A stretch of DNA of 64,000 bases, from NCBI RefSeq assembly GCF_964204645.1, contig NC_134025.1, forward strand, positions 30,360,299 through 30,424,298, in the 5' to 3' direction. Both the position numbers and the translations under genes were made by a program. The notes under the pieces were generated by a model, which was not told the DNA's origin, ran no database searches, and was given only the letters and a program-made list of their open reading frames with translations. Shown here piece by piece: positions 28,501 through 41,851 of the stretch. Every line of letters starts with the position of its first letter. The stretch's first letter is position 1. Source of the stretch: Tubulanus polymorphus. Lineage: Eukaryota; Animalia; Nemertea.

Positions 28501-31500
28501 GCAGCTTAGTCGGTTTATGTTTATTTTATGATAAGATGTTGTTGGATTTTGTCACGTTGGTTTGTATGTTAAAGGGTTTCAGATTTATCTTCGTGCGTGA
28601 GTTAGTTCACTCCATCCAAACAGTTGACTGATATTGTGTACATATTTGTTAAAACTGATTGAATTAGTTGGGTGAATATGAAGGGTGTTACTGAGGGTCT
28701 TACCTCCCTTGATTATCTTGCATATTTTGATATGTTCTTGAAAACAATTTCTACATGTTATAGTTTGTTTGTTAAAACGTTTTGTGTGAATTGAGTAAAT
28801 TTGTGAAGCTGATGTTTAGTGTATTTGTTACAAACCTACCAGGCAGGAGCGCACCAAGGGATTTGATTTTTGAAAACGGAAATCAAAATACAGATATAGC
28901 TGGACGTTCAATCCATACAGAATTTTATATAAATATTCAGAACTTTTGGTTTAAGTTTATACAAACATCTGAGCCTGAACTTACAAGTGACTGATTTGGG
29001 TTTGTTTTTAAATGTACTGACTTGACCTATCCTAGCTCGTCTCTCGGTGTTTGACAAAAAATGATGATTAATGAATAATTTGCCCTCCGATCCATTACCT
29101 TCATCTGTACCTGTTTTTATGAAGTTGTTTCGAATCATCATCGGGAGAACTTTGTAAAAAACTAACATTAGATGTCATCATCATCGTCGTCGTGGTCGGT
29201 ATTATTACTGTCGATGTATTATCAGCGACGATTCTGAGATATAACTCGCTTAAAACATGACGGTTACAACAACGAACTACTGGTAAATTGTCACAAATTG
29301 ATGTTTTACGATTAAATAACGACACATGAACTGATTGCATCTACGTCGTTCACAACAGTTCACTGGAAGAAACCGAGACGAGACGAGGACGACGCGCGAC
29401 GAAGATAATACCGTTTTAGCTTGTATTAAGTAAACGCTGATTTTTAGCATGCGGTTAATGTTGGTAAAGCTACGATCTGAGAAAGTAAAAAGCTTTATTG
29501 ATTCTGTGATGTTAGTGTCAATTGTAAGGGATGAACGAGTAGGACTCAAAATTGCTGTTTCGGATGAAATTCATCAATTTACCCCATTGGCATTCAGTTG
29601 ATGGCCGTGGCATAGCAACAAAAACTCTTTAAGTTGACACAATCTCCATATATCCATTTACGGATATATAAAGTCAAACATTGCTGTACAGTTATAGAGG
29701 ATAGAGACGCGAGATTGTGAGTCACAGGAGATTTTTAAAACATTGTAAACTGTTCACACACGACCAAACAGGAAAATATATGAATATTGATTCTATGGGT
29801 AAAAAACGCTCGGAGCTCGATTTTAGAGTTCCACAGTTTACCTCAGAGAACCACTTTAGAACCCAGTTCCACAGAGAACCACTTTAGGACCCAGTTCCAC
29901 AGTTTACCTCACAATTCCACAGTTCATAGAGAACTATGGAACTGGGTCCTGGACGTTGCTATAACAGGTTCATGGTTTCCCGATGTTTTGTACGAGTTGA
30001 ACCCTCGTTTTACACCTCATATATCTGGAATTTTAATTAGATTGCCCTTTTTTCTGCCCTCCCCCTTGGCGGATGCTTTTAAGCGGATAATTGAGTATTA
30101 TCGCATTAGTTTTGTGGATTTGTGAAGATGTTTTTCTAGTATTTTGTCCTCAGCTGTATTCTGCGTATGGTCTGTATATCTATCTATTAGTTACTCGTAG
30201 GGGAATCATTACTGTTTTAACTAGCAACTCTCTTCTCTCTCAGCTATTTCTGCTGCTTGTTAGTAATTAGCCAATTGGCTTTTACCTGATAAATTCCCCA
30301 TCTGTACTTGTATAATGATCATATACAACACTAATAACACGCTATAATTCACCAGATGACTCAACTTTTCATACTGTGTCTATTTGTTTCATTCGGATTC
30401 ATCATCACGAACAATGAGATTATACTTGTAAAACAATTGAAAATGAACTGTAGTTTTTACTCCAAAAACTTTGGAACTGACTCCGAGAAAGAAACATTTG
30501 AGTCTGTGTTTATAGACCGGGCATCACTTCACATATACGTCTATATATTATACTGAACTCGGTCCTTATAATTAGCGCTTCTAACCTTCATTCGACCTTT
30601 TATTTCATCTTAGTCGCTTTTAATGATTTATCATTTGAATTTCGACGTTAAAAAGTTGTTAAAATAATCGTAGGTCACAATGAAATGAACACGATCTTAT
30701 GTTCTATGTACATAAACGAAATCTTTGAAATCAAATCATCTTTATTGATCTACAATATGTTAGAATTATATATGTGTCTTGCACATACAAACAATAATTT
30801 ACTAAAAACTGTGAGAATGAATCACAAACTTAAAGATACAAGATTCATATCTATAGTTAGGACCTAAAGTGATAAGAAAATGTTCCATTAAATCATAAAC
30901 TTCATCATCAAAACTCATTTTATTCTTCATTTATAGCATTTGCAACTTTTTACACGTGATCTTTAAAGTTTTATTCCGATATCTACGATAAAATAATGTT
31001 ATGTTTCAATAAAGACATAAAATAGTAAAATATATAATTGATATGAATTATTTTATTTGCAGACTAGCATCCTTCGCACGTCCTCACAGCCCAGTCAGGT
31101 TTGCTCTCTTCTATCTATGCATAGATCTGTCTGCACAGCATGTTCGCTATTTATGATACGTAACTTATTTTCAGCGAGTATACATCGAAAACATTCACCA
31201 AAAAGCTTTAAAAAACAAACCTGCTCTGATTTACAGTTTAATGAAATTCACTAATTGTTTTTGAGATAATGAAGTTAATATCTCGGACTAAAAAGATATT
31301 TTGTTTGAATTTAATTGAAAAGTTGATATTGAATGATAATAATGAAATGCATGATTTTGATGAAATTTATAATTGAATCAGGCTGATTTTGCTCTCCTAA
31401 AATGAATGTAATAAGTGTTTGATGCTTTCTATATTTTTTCCACAATGTGGGCAATAACTGTGCATTATTTATGTATGAAAATGCGACTGTTTTTGTTGTG

Positions 31501-31937
31501 TTGTCATTCATGATTTAATAGATTATCCATCCATTTATTCTCTTACAGTTCAATCGATATCATTTTCCTCAATTTTATTTCATCCGATGTTTCTGTTCAG
31601 ATGTTTCATCATCAATGTTTCTTGATTTCAGAATATACGCTTATATTTCATATAGCACATATATTTTCTGCATGGTAATTTTCCAGTCAAACTTGCTTAG
31701 GTCATCATCAGATAAGTCATTACTTGTCCCAATTTGTATTGCCAATTCCATTTACTACGTGTAAGTCGTCATTGAGATAAGTCTTCAACGTAATGATTGT
31801 CACAACTACCTCAACTAGAGCGAGTTTGACTACTTGTTAATACCAAACTCTGATATAATAATGTATCAGATAATGCAAACCTCGAATTTGGTCAGAAATA
31901 CGTAAATTCTCATCAATTTCATAATAACAAACTCTCA

Positions 31938-32230
31938 GTTATAAGGTACAGATTTTTAGTAGCCCTAAAATTTGTTACAACAAGGTTCCACGGTTTATGG
32001 AACTATCGGTTATAACAGGGAGGTGGTTATAAGAACAGATTTTAAGGTGCCCTGAAGTTCGTTATAACAAGGTTCCACTGTATATGGAACTAATGGTTAT
32101 AACAGGGAAGTGGTTATAACGAACAGATTTTCAGGTGCCCTGAAGTTCGTTGTAACATGGTTTCACTGTATATAAAACTATCGGTTATAAGTACAGATTT
32201 TCTGTTGCTCTGAAGTTCGTCTGTTCACTG
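31938..32230. mobile_element. Tandem fragments of a 'gttataac' MITE (Tc1/mariner-like cactg-TA ends)
   Basis: 3-4 copies of ggttataa..cagatttt..ccctgaagttcgttataacaaggttccactgta; same family at 57740-57915. Confidence 0.6.
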
Positions 32231-32269
32231 TTTATTCTTGTTTTCGCTGATTTTCGTCGGTTGTTTCAG

Positions 32270-32484
32270 GTGTGAAGATGATTATATAGATGTATATACT
32301 CAGGCTAGCCGTCCTGATCAGAACATTCTCGACATGCCACTACAAGGACGATACTGCGGAGACGATCTGGAGAATTTACCGAGCTTGTTCGTATCGGAGA
32401 AACAGACTCTACTCATCGGTTTCTATACCGACAAAGAAGATACGGATAAAGGCTTCAGAGGAAATTATGCCTTTGAACCGAATG
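32270..32484 (+). CDS. CUB/LDLa/TM gene exon: CUB1 C-half
   Basis: ttcag|G...AATG|gtgagt; CEDDYIDVY...GRYCG...DKGFRGNY. Confidence 0.92.
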
Positions 32485-33426
32485 GTGAGTCTGTAAGTCG
32501 AGAGTCTGATGCTACAGTAGATGATGAGGCAATCACCGGGGTTCAGTATTGTGTTTGATCCGTCATCTATCGAGTAGTACTTGTGACAAATTCAATATCA
32601 TTATTTTTGATGGACAACAATTTTTATGTTCTTTGATTTGTAACGCAAACACATGAAAGAGTGAAAAAAGCCATCACGAAGTTATCAAACTAACAGTGCC
32701 CGATGAAACCACTCCTTGTGACATCGGTAAACTTTTCCAATCGCAGAATTCTGTTGTTTTTGTCGCCTTTCCAACTAAATCCCGAGCAAAACGTTTTCCC
32801 AGATGAAACCATTCATTCAGGCTCCAGTTTTAGAACGGCATCCGTTATATCGATGCCAAAATTCTATCAACGCGAGGCAAAAATCTAGATCAAAAATCTC
32901 GATTGCGGTATTCTAGTATTCTGCCCACTCCCTCCATGAAAGGTTAAGGGAAATCAAAGCTGACAAACTTGCGTGTCATATTTTTTATGGCTCCACACGT
33001 TGGGCGACGCTGATAGCTTTTAATCATTTGTTTCCTGGTTTCAGTTTTACGGGCGATTGCATAATTATCCATGACATGAAGCAATTAGTTCGTGTAATTC
33101 CAATTTTATGCTCCCGGCAAAATGTGTTCTACAAGCCAAATGTTCCACTTTACCTCGTCTCTCGGTCGGTTATTGCTACCAGAGCTGCGCGTAATATAAC
33201 GGTTAAACTGTAGTTGGACCGACTGGCAATGAATGATATTTCCGTCGGCGAATTTTCTCACAATTTCCCACTTGTCGTATCATATTCATGCTGCACTTGG
33301 TAAAATATACATTCCTTTAGCCGCGACTACGGCGCGATATGTCATAATATATCATCATATATCATAATGTAGAACGTGGTTGCAAGAATTTTATTAACTT
33401 GTTTTTACTTGTCTGATATTTTATAG

Positions 33427-33634
33427 ATTTGTTTGATATGGGTACGGTAGCACCTGATGAGAAATGCGGTTTTACTGTATATAGCAGTAATAGGCCTCAA
33501 GGTTTTATAATGTCTCCGACGTTTCCCGGAATCTATCCCGATAATACGTTCTGTTATTATAAATTGCTCGGAGAACCTGGCCAGCGTATCAAATTAGAAT
33601 TCAAAGCATTTGATCTCTTCAGCGGCGGAGAACA
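33427..33634 (+). CDS. CUB/LDLa/TM gene exon: CUB2 N-half
   Basis: ttatag|AT...GAACA|gtaagt; CGFTVYSS..GFIMSPTFPGIYPDNTFCYY...FDLFSGGE. Confidence 0.92.
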
Positions 33635-34116
33635 GTAAGTTTATATATATATCACAATCCCGTCCCACAGATTAACACTTTAGAATTGATAATGAATGGA
33701 GTCAAACTGTAACAATCCGGGATCTTGAGTCCAGTGTTTAAATTCAAAGCTGCAGTCACGCACTCGCAGATGTTTGGCCCCAAGTCTTGACCAGATCTGA
33801 GTCAAATTTGGCCCGTGCTTTATTAGAGAGCACATTTAGAAGTAAATCATTCATTCTTTACTAAATAGTGGCAAGCAAGTTGAGCCACATTTAGCCCATG
33901 TCAAACTGGTACGGACCTATTGGGCACCAATGTGAGTGGTTGGCATTGGCTTCATCTACCAAATTTTGCGTGGGTCTAAAACACTTGCGTGATCGCGACT
34001 TAAACTGACATCTGTGGATCCTAGAATCAATGTAACGATTCCATGGAATCGACTCTGTGAATTCTGGTCCAGTAAAGACAGATATTCAATATTTCAATTA
34101 TTGTTCTATATTTCAG

Positions 34117-34376
34117 TTGTCCATTTGATTACGTGAAGGTTTACGACGGTTATACACGTGAGGCTGAACCGATCGGAACTTACTGCGGCAAGCATGAAAT
34201 GTTGACGTTATATTCAACAAACGAAGCGTTACGTATTGAATTTGTTACGAAAAGCGGTCGAGTGAAACCGACTAAAAAACCGTATAAAACGTACTGGGAA
34301 TTACACCCGGATTACGAGATAGAACGAAGAGGTTTTAAAGCCAAATATACATTTAGTGATAAATATGTTAAATTAG
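34117..34376 (+). CDS. CUB/LDLa/TM gene exon: CUB2 C-half
   Basis: tttcag|T...TTAG|gtgagt; CPFDYVKVYDG...GTYCG...RRGFKAKYTF. Confidence 0.92.
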
Positions 34377-35744
34377 GTGAGTTATTAGTCGTATAGAACC
34401 CAGGGCCCAGTTCTACAGTTGTGAGTTTAGATTTCACTCTTCAGTTCAATCTCATTGAAAATGAACTAATTTCAACTCAAGGAGTGAACTCCTACTCACA
34501 ACGGTGGAACTGGTTCATGAACTGTGGAACTGGATCCTGAGTTCAGAGTTAACTCTAAACTTACAACTGGGGAACTGGATCAAAAGTTCAGAGTTAACTC
34601 AATCTTACAACAGTGGAACTGGCTCATGAACTGTGAAACTGGATCAAAGGGAAACCACAAATAGGTTCAATGATGCAGGTCTGTTTTACGATAGAGAACA
34701 GACTTCGCTACTTCGAACACTTGGTCCGTTTTAAATTGAAACAGGACTAGATTTAGAGTGTTCTAAATAACGTAGTATGAACGCGACTTATAGTTATCAG
34801 TAAAGATGGAAGGAAGTTGGTAGTTAGTTAATCGTTTCAACATTTCTGCTGATTGCATGCGTTTCATGACACAATTTAATTCACCGAGTGGAATTTGAAT
34901 TCCCTCTTGCCATCATTTTGTCGCGTTTAACTCGTGACAATCAGTCAGTGAAATTGCTCTTCAGAGAGAGTTGCATTTTAAGGCACGCAGCAGCAGCATC
35001 AGTTGAAATGAGAAATTTTCAATCTACCTCTCATCGCCGGTCGGCGGCCGCCAAGGCAGACGTCAGGCGTAAGTGTTTTGTAAACGTAACCGCATTTAAA
35101 GTGATTGGCGTCGTCAATGAATTTAAATTTGACACGTCGCTTTATGAGAAAAATGTTCGTAATTAATTCTATTATTGTGAAACTTCCCACAATTTGTCGA
35201 TTAGTCCAGACTGACAACCGCAGCAATAACATCAATGTCGTGAGCCGCGTTCACTTTCGCCAGTTGGTCCATTCTAATTTGACCTAAACCTGGAACTGAC
35301 CAAATTAGAATGGTCCGAATAAATGCTGTGCGTTCATGCAATTTAAATCAAATGCTATCAGTGGTCCAGCAAGACACAACGCTGTGAGTGACAGACAAGT
35401 TACTATTCACTCCAGTGGTCCATTCTAAAATTTAGAATCGCTCTTTTTGGTTTGTCTAAATTGGTATCTTCTAAAATAGAATGAATTTTTCACTAGTTTG
35501 AATGCTTAGTCAGTTCTGGATTTGAACGGATTAAATTCAGAACACTCTAAACGACGTATGAAATCTCTGTTTAACTTGTTATGATTTGATGTGAAATATT
35601 ACAATCCTCTACACGAGCGATACACGCAGTGGTTACATTGATAAAATCATGAAGCCAATTCTAATCAATGTCTATCAATGTGCGCTGGTAAACACCGTCG
35701 TGTCACCGGAATTCTTACGACAAAATTAAATTCTTCGATTTCAG

Positions 35745-35783
35745 ATTACATCAAAAGACGAGGTACCCACATTCGCGGAACAG
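35745..35783 (+). CDS. CUB/LDLa/TM gene 39-nt linker exon
   Basis: tttcag|ATTAC...ACAG|gtaat; phase 1-1, DYIKRRGTHIRGT, bridges CUB2 and CUB3. Confidence 0.8.
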
Positions 35784-35984
35784 GTAATACGCAATTCTTT
35801 ATATTCGATACTTGGATTTTTAATTAATCATTTCGTAGACAATGTTCGCAGAATGACCAGGAAATCCTTTATAATCCATCGGATTAAAGTCTTCACGGGT
35901 TTTTTACATATTCCGCGTCGTCGATAATTTCTTATCAAAATTGATTTATCTACATTAATGTTACAGAGTAAAGGCAAAGATGAT

Positions 35985-36205
35985 ATCAATATATATAAAG
36001 ATATATATAATATATAATATAAAATAATATAATATGAAATATATTATTTTGAAATATATTATATAATTATTTATATATAATATAAATATAATTATTATTT
36101 TATATATTATATATAATATATAAAATATATATTATATATATTATATGTATTATATATATAATATAATAATGTAAAAATATATAATAAAGTCAAAATATAT
36201 TTATA
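35985..36205. repeat. Extremely AT-rich low-complexity tract
   Basis: Nearly all A/T, degenerate (TA)n/(TAA)n. Confidence 0.9.
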
Positions 36206-38030
36206 GACAGAAAGTAACAACATGATTAAGACTCTGCTTCGAGATGAAAAATTTGTTTCATCACATATTGGAAACTGATATTCATCATTTCGTGGCTCGG
36301 TATCAACAGAGATTTTAGTCGACTATCAATATTTGATGTAACCGTTAATCTCATAGGTTTAAACATCTGAGCTGATTCGTAATTAATGTCGAGCCGTTTG
36401 AAGTGGTTTACTGATGTGAATATTGTCGCTGATCACAAGCAGGATATTACACCTTACACACCATCACTCCTCAATACACCAGTCAGTTTGATACTGCTCG
36501 TTCGTTCGTAGAAATACTCTTTTTGGCTGATCTTATTTTGACGATATCAAAGCTAGTTGTTCTTTTAGACGGCAGATGTGACTACGACTATTTTGAGAGT
36601 AGTTTCTACCCTTTAAGAACTTGACTACAAAAAAAATATCAAAATGCTCTCGAGACTAGTTCACTTTTATTTGATGATTATTTTTCATATCAAATTACTC
36701 TCAATTTTGGTGAAAACTACTACAATTAGAGATATCAGGTTGTCTGGTTTGCGAACAGATAAATACTATGATTAGAATTAATTTTAGTTTTAGCTGTCAC
36801 TATGTCAGCAATCTACTGGTTCAAGTTCAAATAACTATTGAGTAACACTGATCCCTTAGCTTTTTATAGTAAGAGACATCTACAACGACTTGATGATATG
36901 AAATTTCACTACAATGTCAAAAATCTTAACTGCACTATTTCACTTTTTGAATAGTTGTTGGTAGGTGGGAGCGTTGGTTGAATACCAGTATCAGATTATG
37001 TGGTAGTGATATTTCATATGACTACATACAAACAATGAGTAAAACAGTCAAAAAATTCTACCAGTGTTTGGTTTAAAAGTTTTAGTTTCTTTCCAAAGTC
37101 TTACTCATAAATTCAACATTGAAACGGTAGATAGAGTTACGTTATGGATCAGTTTTCAGCGTTGCACGTGGAGTGGGGATTTGTTTGAACAATCATACAC
37201 CTCCGTATTCGTAATCCTCGCCTAATAATTCAGTTATATGCACACGATGTAGTAAACGCAAATCACTCTCAGCTCGTAAAGCCTCCTCCTTACAACTTGA
37301 TGTAGTTTTATATCGAGTTAGAAACCATTTGAGTCGCGAACGTAATAATGAAATTTGAGAACGTTTCATTTAAAAGACGGAAATTAAGTTGTGACAGGCA
37401 CTTATGGAAATGCGCACATGCATTTTCTTGCCGATAACCTCTTTTAGCGATGTGGAGAATTGTGTGAATGATTTTGGCTGGTAATTGAGTCCAATGATTC
37501 TCAGTTATTGAAAAACACTTTACTCTATATGATATGTACCATACATGTATACATAAGAAATGATCATTTTTATGGAAAAACTCAATAATGACGAATGTAT
37601 GCAATTTAGACGATAGTCTCGTAAAAATCTCCTAGAATGTATCTGGCATGTAGTAATTGATCCATAAAGTGGCATTTTCAATTTCTGCTTGAATCCTTAC
37701 ATAGCTAGTTCTGCGTTATACAGCAGTCTCTACGTTGAGTTTTTCTCAAGAGATTTTCTATTTTTCAATTGTCAGTGACACTGCTGTAAACGCTTCACTA
37801 TTTTAATTGATACAAATACATTACTTTAGAAAAAAACTGTTACGAAACTGTTTTACACATTTCTAGCTGTCTGGTACTATGTATTATTTAAGGGGTGCTA
37901 TGCGAGTCAATGTGCTATGTCATCAATATTGGCATTTCAAAATAACAACTACAATCATGAATATTAGCGTCCATGTTGTTTTTAAAGGGATCAATAAACT
38001 TTAAAGTTAGTTTTCTTGTTTATTTGATAG

Positions 38031-38217
38031 AATGTGACATGAGAGTATTGAGCACAGGAGAATCAAACGGTACTATTGTTAGTCCAAACTATCCAGCGCA
38101 CTATCCACCTAACGTTACCTGTCATTATTTCATCGATGGTCGCTACGATAAAGAAAACCTAGAGAAAGTTTCGCTATCGTTCAAAACATTTCATATTCCA
38201 CCGTATAGTAATAGCAA
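38031..38217 (+). CDS. CUB/LDLa/TM gene exon: CUB3 N-half
   Basis: gatag|AA...AGCAA|gtaagt; ECDMRVLS..NGTIVSPNYPAHYPPNVTCHY. Confidence 0.92.
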
Positions 38218-38928
38218 GTAAGTACCGTGAATCTAGTGTGTACGCTGATAGTAAGGAGGAATCTGAATCTATATAGAGAATCTCAAACTAATATAATGAG
38301 AAAGATTAAGTATGAAAAGTTTCTTGAAGTTGATAATTTGTTATGTCTTCATTATATCAGTTTGGAGTGCTCTTTATGTCATCACAATTGTTATCTTCAT
38401 TGATGACATAAGGCAATCAACAGCAGTTGTAATTCAACTAACTTAATTCAACTTTGAAACATGAAAGCCCACCCAGGAACCAAATCTACTATTCTCGTTA
38501 GAATTTGACTCTATCGAAATGTGAATCTATGGTAAAACTGTTGTGAAACTGTCTTATTGAAAATATAAAACGACAAATGGCAGCTTTAATTCAACACCCA
38601 GAACCGGAGCGACAGTTTTGATTTCAGTTTGTCTCTCAGAGTACTATGCAACTGGACCCTGAAGCCTCTTCTATAAATATGATTCTCTACGTAGTACTTT
38701 GTAATTTATATCGTCAAAGATACCGAGTTTTCAACGGAATTATATAAAAATGTCGTCCTATGTTCCATCATTCCCGTTCTTTTCATCGACCGAGATAATG
38801 AATCTTGTTGCTAAGGAAACTTATCTCTTCTTGCGTCAGTTTCATGTTACTAATTGACGGATTTAACCGAATCATTGTTGTTGTTTTTTTGCTGTGAGTT
38901 TTAATTTTGCCGTTATCCTTTACTTCAG

Positions 38929-39128
38929 ACCGTGCGATGGTGGGGCGAAGCTTTTAGCTTTTACAAAAGGCCAAATGGAAACGGATCCTAGCGACCTCCC
39001 TCCGCTGTGCGGTAATAGTCCACCTAAAAATATCACCACATCGAAACCACGGTTACTACTAGTTCTTGATACTCACAGTAACACTCCTACTGGAAAAGGC
39101 TTCGAAGCATTTTATGAATTCAAAATAG
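38929..39128 (+). CDS. CUB/LDLa/TM gene exon: CUB3 C-half
   Basis: ttcag|A...ATAG|gtaag; PCDGG...PLCG...KGFEAFYEF. Confidence 0.9.
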
Positions 39129-39403
39129 GTAAGAGATGGCATTCATTTTCAACTAACCGCCTCCTCCCTTAATGTATGGAATGTTCACAGGGAAAGTTGG
39201 ACAAGTTTCGTCCCCGCTTGTCACTATGCAGGGGATGACCTCTCTGGTCACTTTGTAGGGGGGACCTCACCTGTCACTTTATAGGGGATGACCTCACTTG
39301 TCACTAGGCAGAGGTGACCTCATCACTAATTTTCATTGATTGCCCAATCAGTATGCTATATATAAACGCAAAATAACTTTGTTGACTCTTCTTCTATTTT
39401 TAG

Positions 39404-39599
39404 ATTTTGATATTCCCGGTACTATGGTAACGCCGAGGGAATGTCATTTCTTGTATAAATCGAGTATATCGAAACGAGGCTCGTTCAATTCACCGCGGCA
39501 ACCGTCGAGTTACCCGCCTGGTGTTAATTGTTTCTATGAGTTTATCGGTTTACCTGACGAACAAGTTCGCATCACATTCGACACGTTTAAACTTGCAGC
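39404..39599 (+). CDS. CUB/LDLa/TM gene exon: CUB4 N-half
   Basis: tttag|AT...GCAGC|gtaag; ECHFLYKS..RGSFNSPRQPSSYPPGVNCFYEF. Confidence 0.9.
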
Positions 39600-40168
39600 G
39601 TAAGATAATATTCCATTCTATAAACAATAAGTTATCAGATATTCAGAGGGCCCGTCTTTATGGATGAAGGGTCAGTTACTCAAAAGTTGTTTAGAGTTAA
39701 CTAGCGGACTTACACAATCCAGTTTCAAATGAAATGAATAATAATCCAGTTTCAATTGTCACTATGATATATATTCACCAGTTAACTCTAACTTTTTAGC
39801 AACTGGCTCCGGGTTCCACAGTTGTAGGTTAAGTTCTACAGTTCTTTGTTTGTATTTGACTCTCGACTTAAAACATGGGAACTTATCAGAGCTCAGAGTC
39901 GCTCAAATATTGGTAAAAGTTAACCAGTGGATAGTTCACATAGCGACATTTAAAACTCCTTGGTATTATTAATCTGACTTTTAAACAAAAGTTGAGAGCT
40001 ACTGTTGTGCAACTGGCCTCTGGGTTAAGATTTCATGCAATTAAAAGTGAATAAAACTAACTCTTTAAGAGCTGAGGAACTGGGCTCGGAGGTTTAGGTT
40101 ATTCTTTAGAATAGGCCTTACGCAAATACATAATCAATAATCAATCTATAATATTTTCTATTGAATAG

Positions 40169-40386
40169 AGGTGACTATGTGGAGGTGTACAATGTATTTG
40201 ATTATAAAGTGAATGGTTCGAACTCGCAGATGATTCGACATTCGACCGGAACTCACGCACCGGGACCGATTCTATCCGAATATAACGTCAATCGTATGAA
40301 AGTTATATTCAAATCTGATCCAACTGCGGTAAACATGGGATTTTTAGCTCATTACGACTTTGTTCCAAAAGTCGTCCCATTTGCAG
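40169..40386 (+). CDS. CUB/LDLa/TM gene exon: CUB4 C-half
   Basis: aatag|A...GCAG|gtaag; GDYVEVY...FKSD...MGFLAHYDF. Confidence 0.88.
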
Positions 40387-40874
40387 GTAAGACTTTCCTA
40401 AACTTAGACAAGTTGACTGAAAGCACTGGGCCCGGTTTCATAGACTGAGTATTAAAGTTATTCCTAGGGGTAAATCCTCAATCTGGGTAACAACCACCAT
40501 AGTAACAATGAGAAACCATGGTTATAACAGACAAATTTCAAAATGTTCCCAGGGACTATTTTTCTTCCACATCTATGAAACCCAGCCCATGATTATAACT
40601 GACGAATTTCAGAATGTTCCCAGGGACTATTTTTCTTACACATCTATGAAACCCAGCCCTGGTGAACTCAATTTACTTTAAACACTGTTAATTGTCCTCC
40701 GTGCAATGGTGCTTCTACAGGTGAGATATGAGGTCTTACCCAATGTCCTAGAGCGAAAATGACTAGAATAGGGCATTCTGGCTGCAATTCTCTTCAGAGT
40801 ATTCATCTGAATGTTATTATGAATTTTATATGAGAGTTGATATCTATATTTTCCTAACAACTGTACGTTTTCAG

Positions 40875-41042
40875 ATTGTGGTAAGAATATTTCGAGCGGG
40901 TACGGAGGAGTTATTTATAGTCCCGGGTTTCCAAAGAAATATAACCTGACAGTCAGCTGTGATTGGTACATTTACCCAACAGCTCCTCAAAATGAAATAC
41001 TTATTCAATATGTTGATTTCGACCTAGAGGGAGCTGGTAATG
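40875..41042 (+). CDS. CUB/LDLa/TM gene exon: CUB5 part 1
   Basis: tttcag|AT...AATG|gtaag; DCGKNISSGYGGVIYSPGFPKKYNLTVSCDWYI. Confidence 0.9.
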
Positions 41043-41239
41043 GTAAGATCGTTATTCTAAATCTCATTGATTGTGATTATCTGAAATGAAGTCATCAATT
41101 GACTCAATCAACTGAATCCAGAAACCTATTTTTCATGGTTAAATAAGAAATTCAATAGTTACAGATATATTATATATTTACCAAGTCCGACTTAGTGCGG
41201 GGCTGTTCAACTACACATATTGGGTTTTGATATTTACAG

Positions 41240-41351
41240 ACTGCCAAAACGCTATTTTACAAATATATACGGGTGGCCCGCGTCCAACCAGTGAAATTTG
41301 TGGACAAGCAACCAACAAGATGGTAATATTGGCAAATTTCATAAGAATTAG
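41240..41351 (+). CDS. CUB/LDLa/TM gene exon: CUB5 part 2
   Basis: tacag|AC...ATTAG|gtaag; DCQNAILQIY...EICG. Confidence 0.88.
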
Positions 41352-41442
41352 GTAAGTATTGCTGAGTAATTGAATTAGGTTCTCAATTTGGTAGTGTTAT
41401 TTCTATTTAATTTTTAAGTACCCATATGCGTTTGTTTTACAG

Positions 41443-41516
41443 ATTTATAGTTGGTCCCAACTCAGTCGGAGATAAAGGTTTCAAAATAACATGGACTGAA
41501 ATTATGAAAAATAAAT
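41443..41516 (+). CDS. CUB/LDLa/TM gene exon: CUB5 part 3
   Basis: tacag|A...AAAT|gtaag; FIVGPNSVGDKGFKITWTEI. Confidence 0.88.
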
Positions 41517-41737
41517 GTAAGTTACTGAAAACTTGGATCCAGTTATCTATTATATAGTTCAACTAAAGTTTTGGGTAATGCTATACTCTGCCCACCACTG
41601 TACTGTTGTCTTCTTATTACGATTCAATTTTGATAGTGGGTATCCTTGCTATAAATCTATTTTGACTACAATCTTGGTTAGTATTCATCTGATATGTATA
41701 TATATATATATTTGGTGTTGTTGTTTTTGTTTTCCAG

Positions 41738-41851
41738 TACCCTGTGATGGTTTCCAATGTTTGATATCTAAATATTGCATTGCCAAACATTTAGAATGTA
41801 ACGACTACCCGAACTGCGGTGGATCTGATGACTCGGATGAAACTGTTTCTT
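41738..41851 (+). CDS. CUB/LDLa/TM gene exon: LDL-receptor class A domain
   Basis: tccag|TA...TCTT|gtaagt; CDGFQCLISKYCIAKHLECNDYPNCGGSDDSDE; the sixth Cys is completed by the next exon. Confidence 0.92.
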
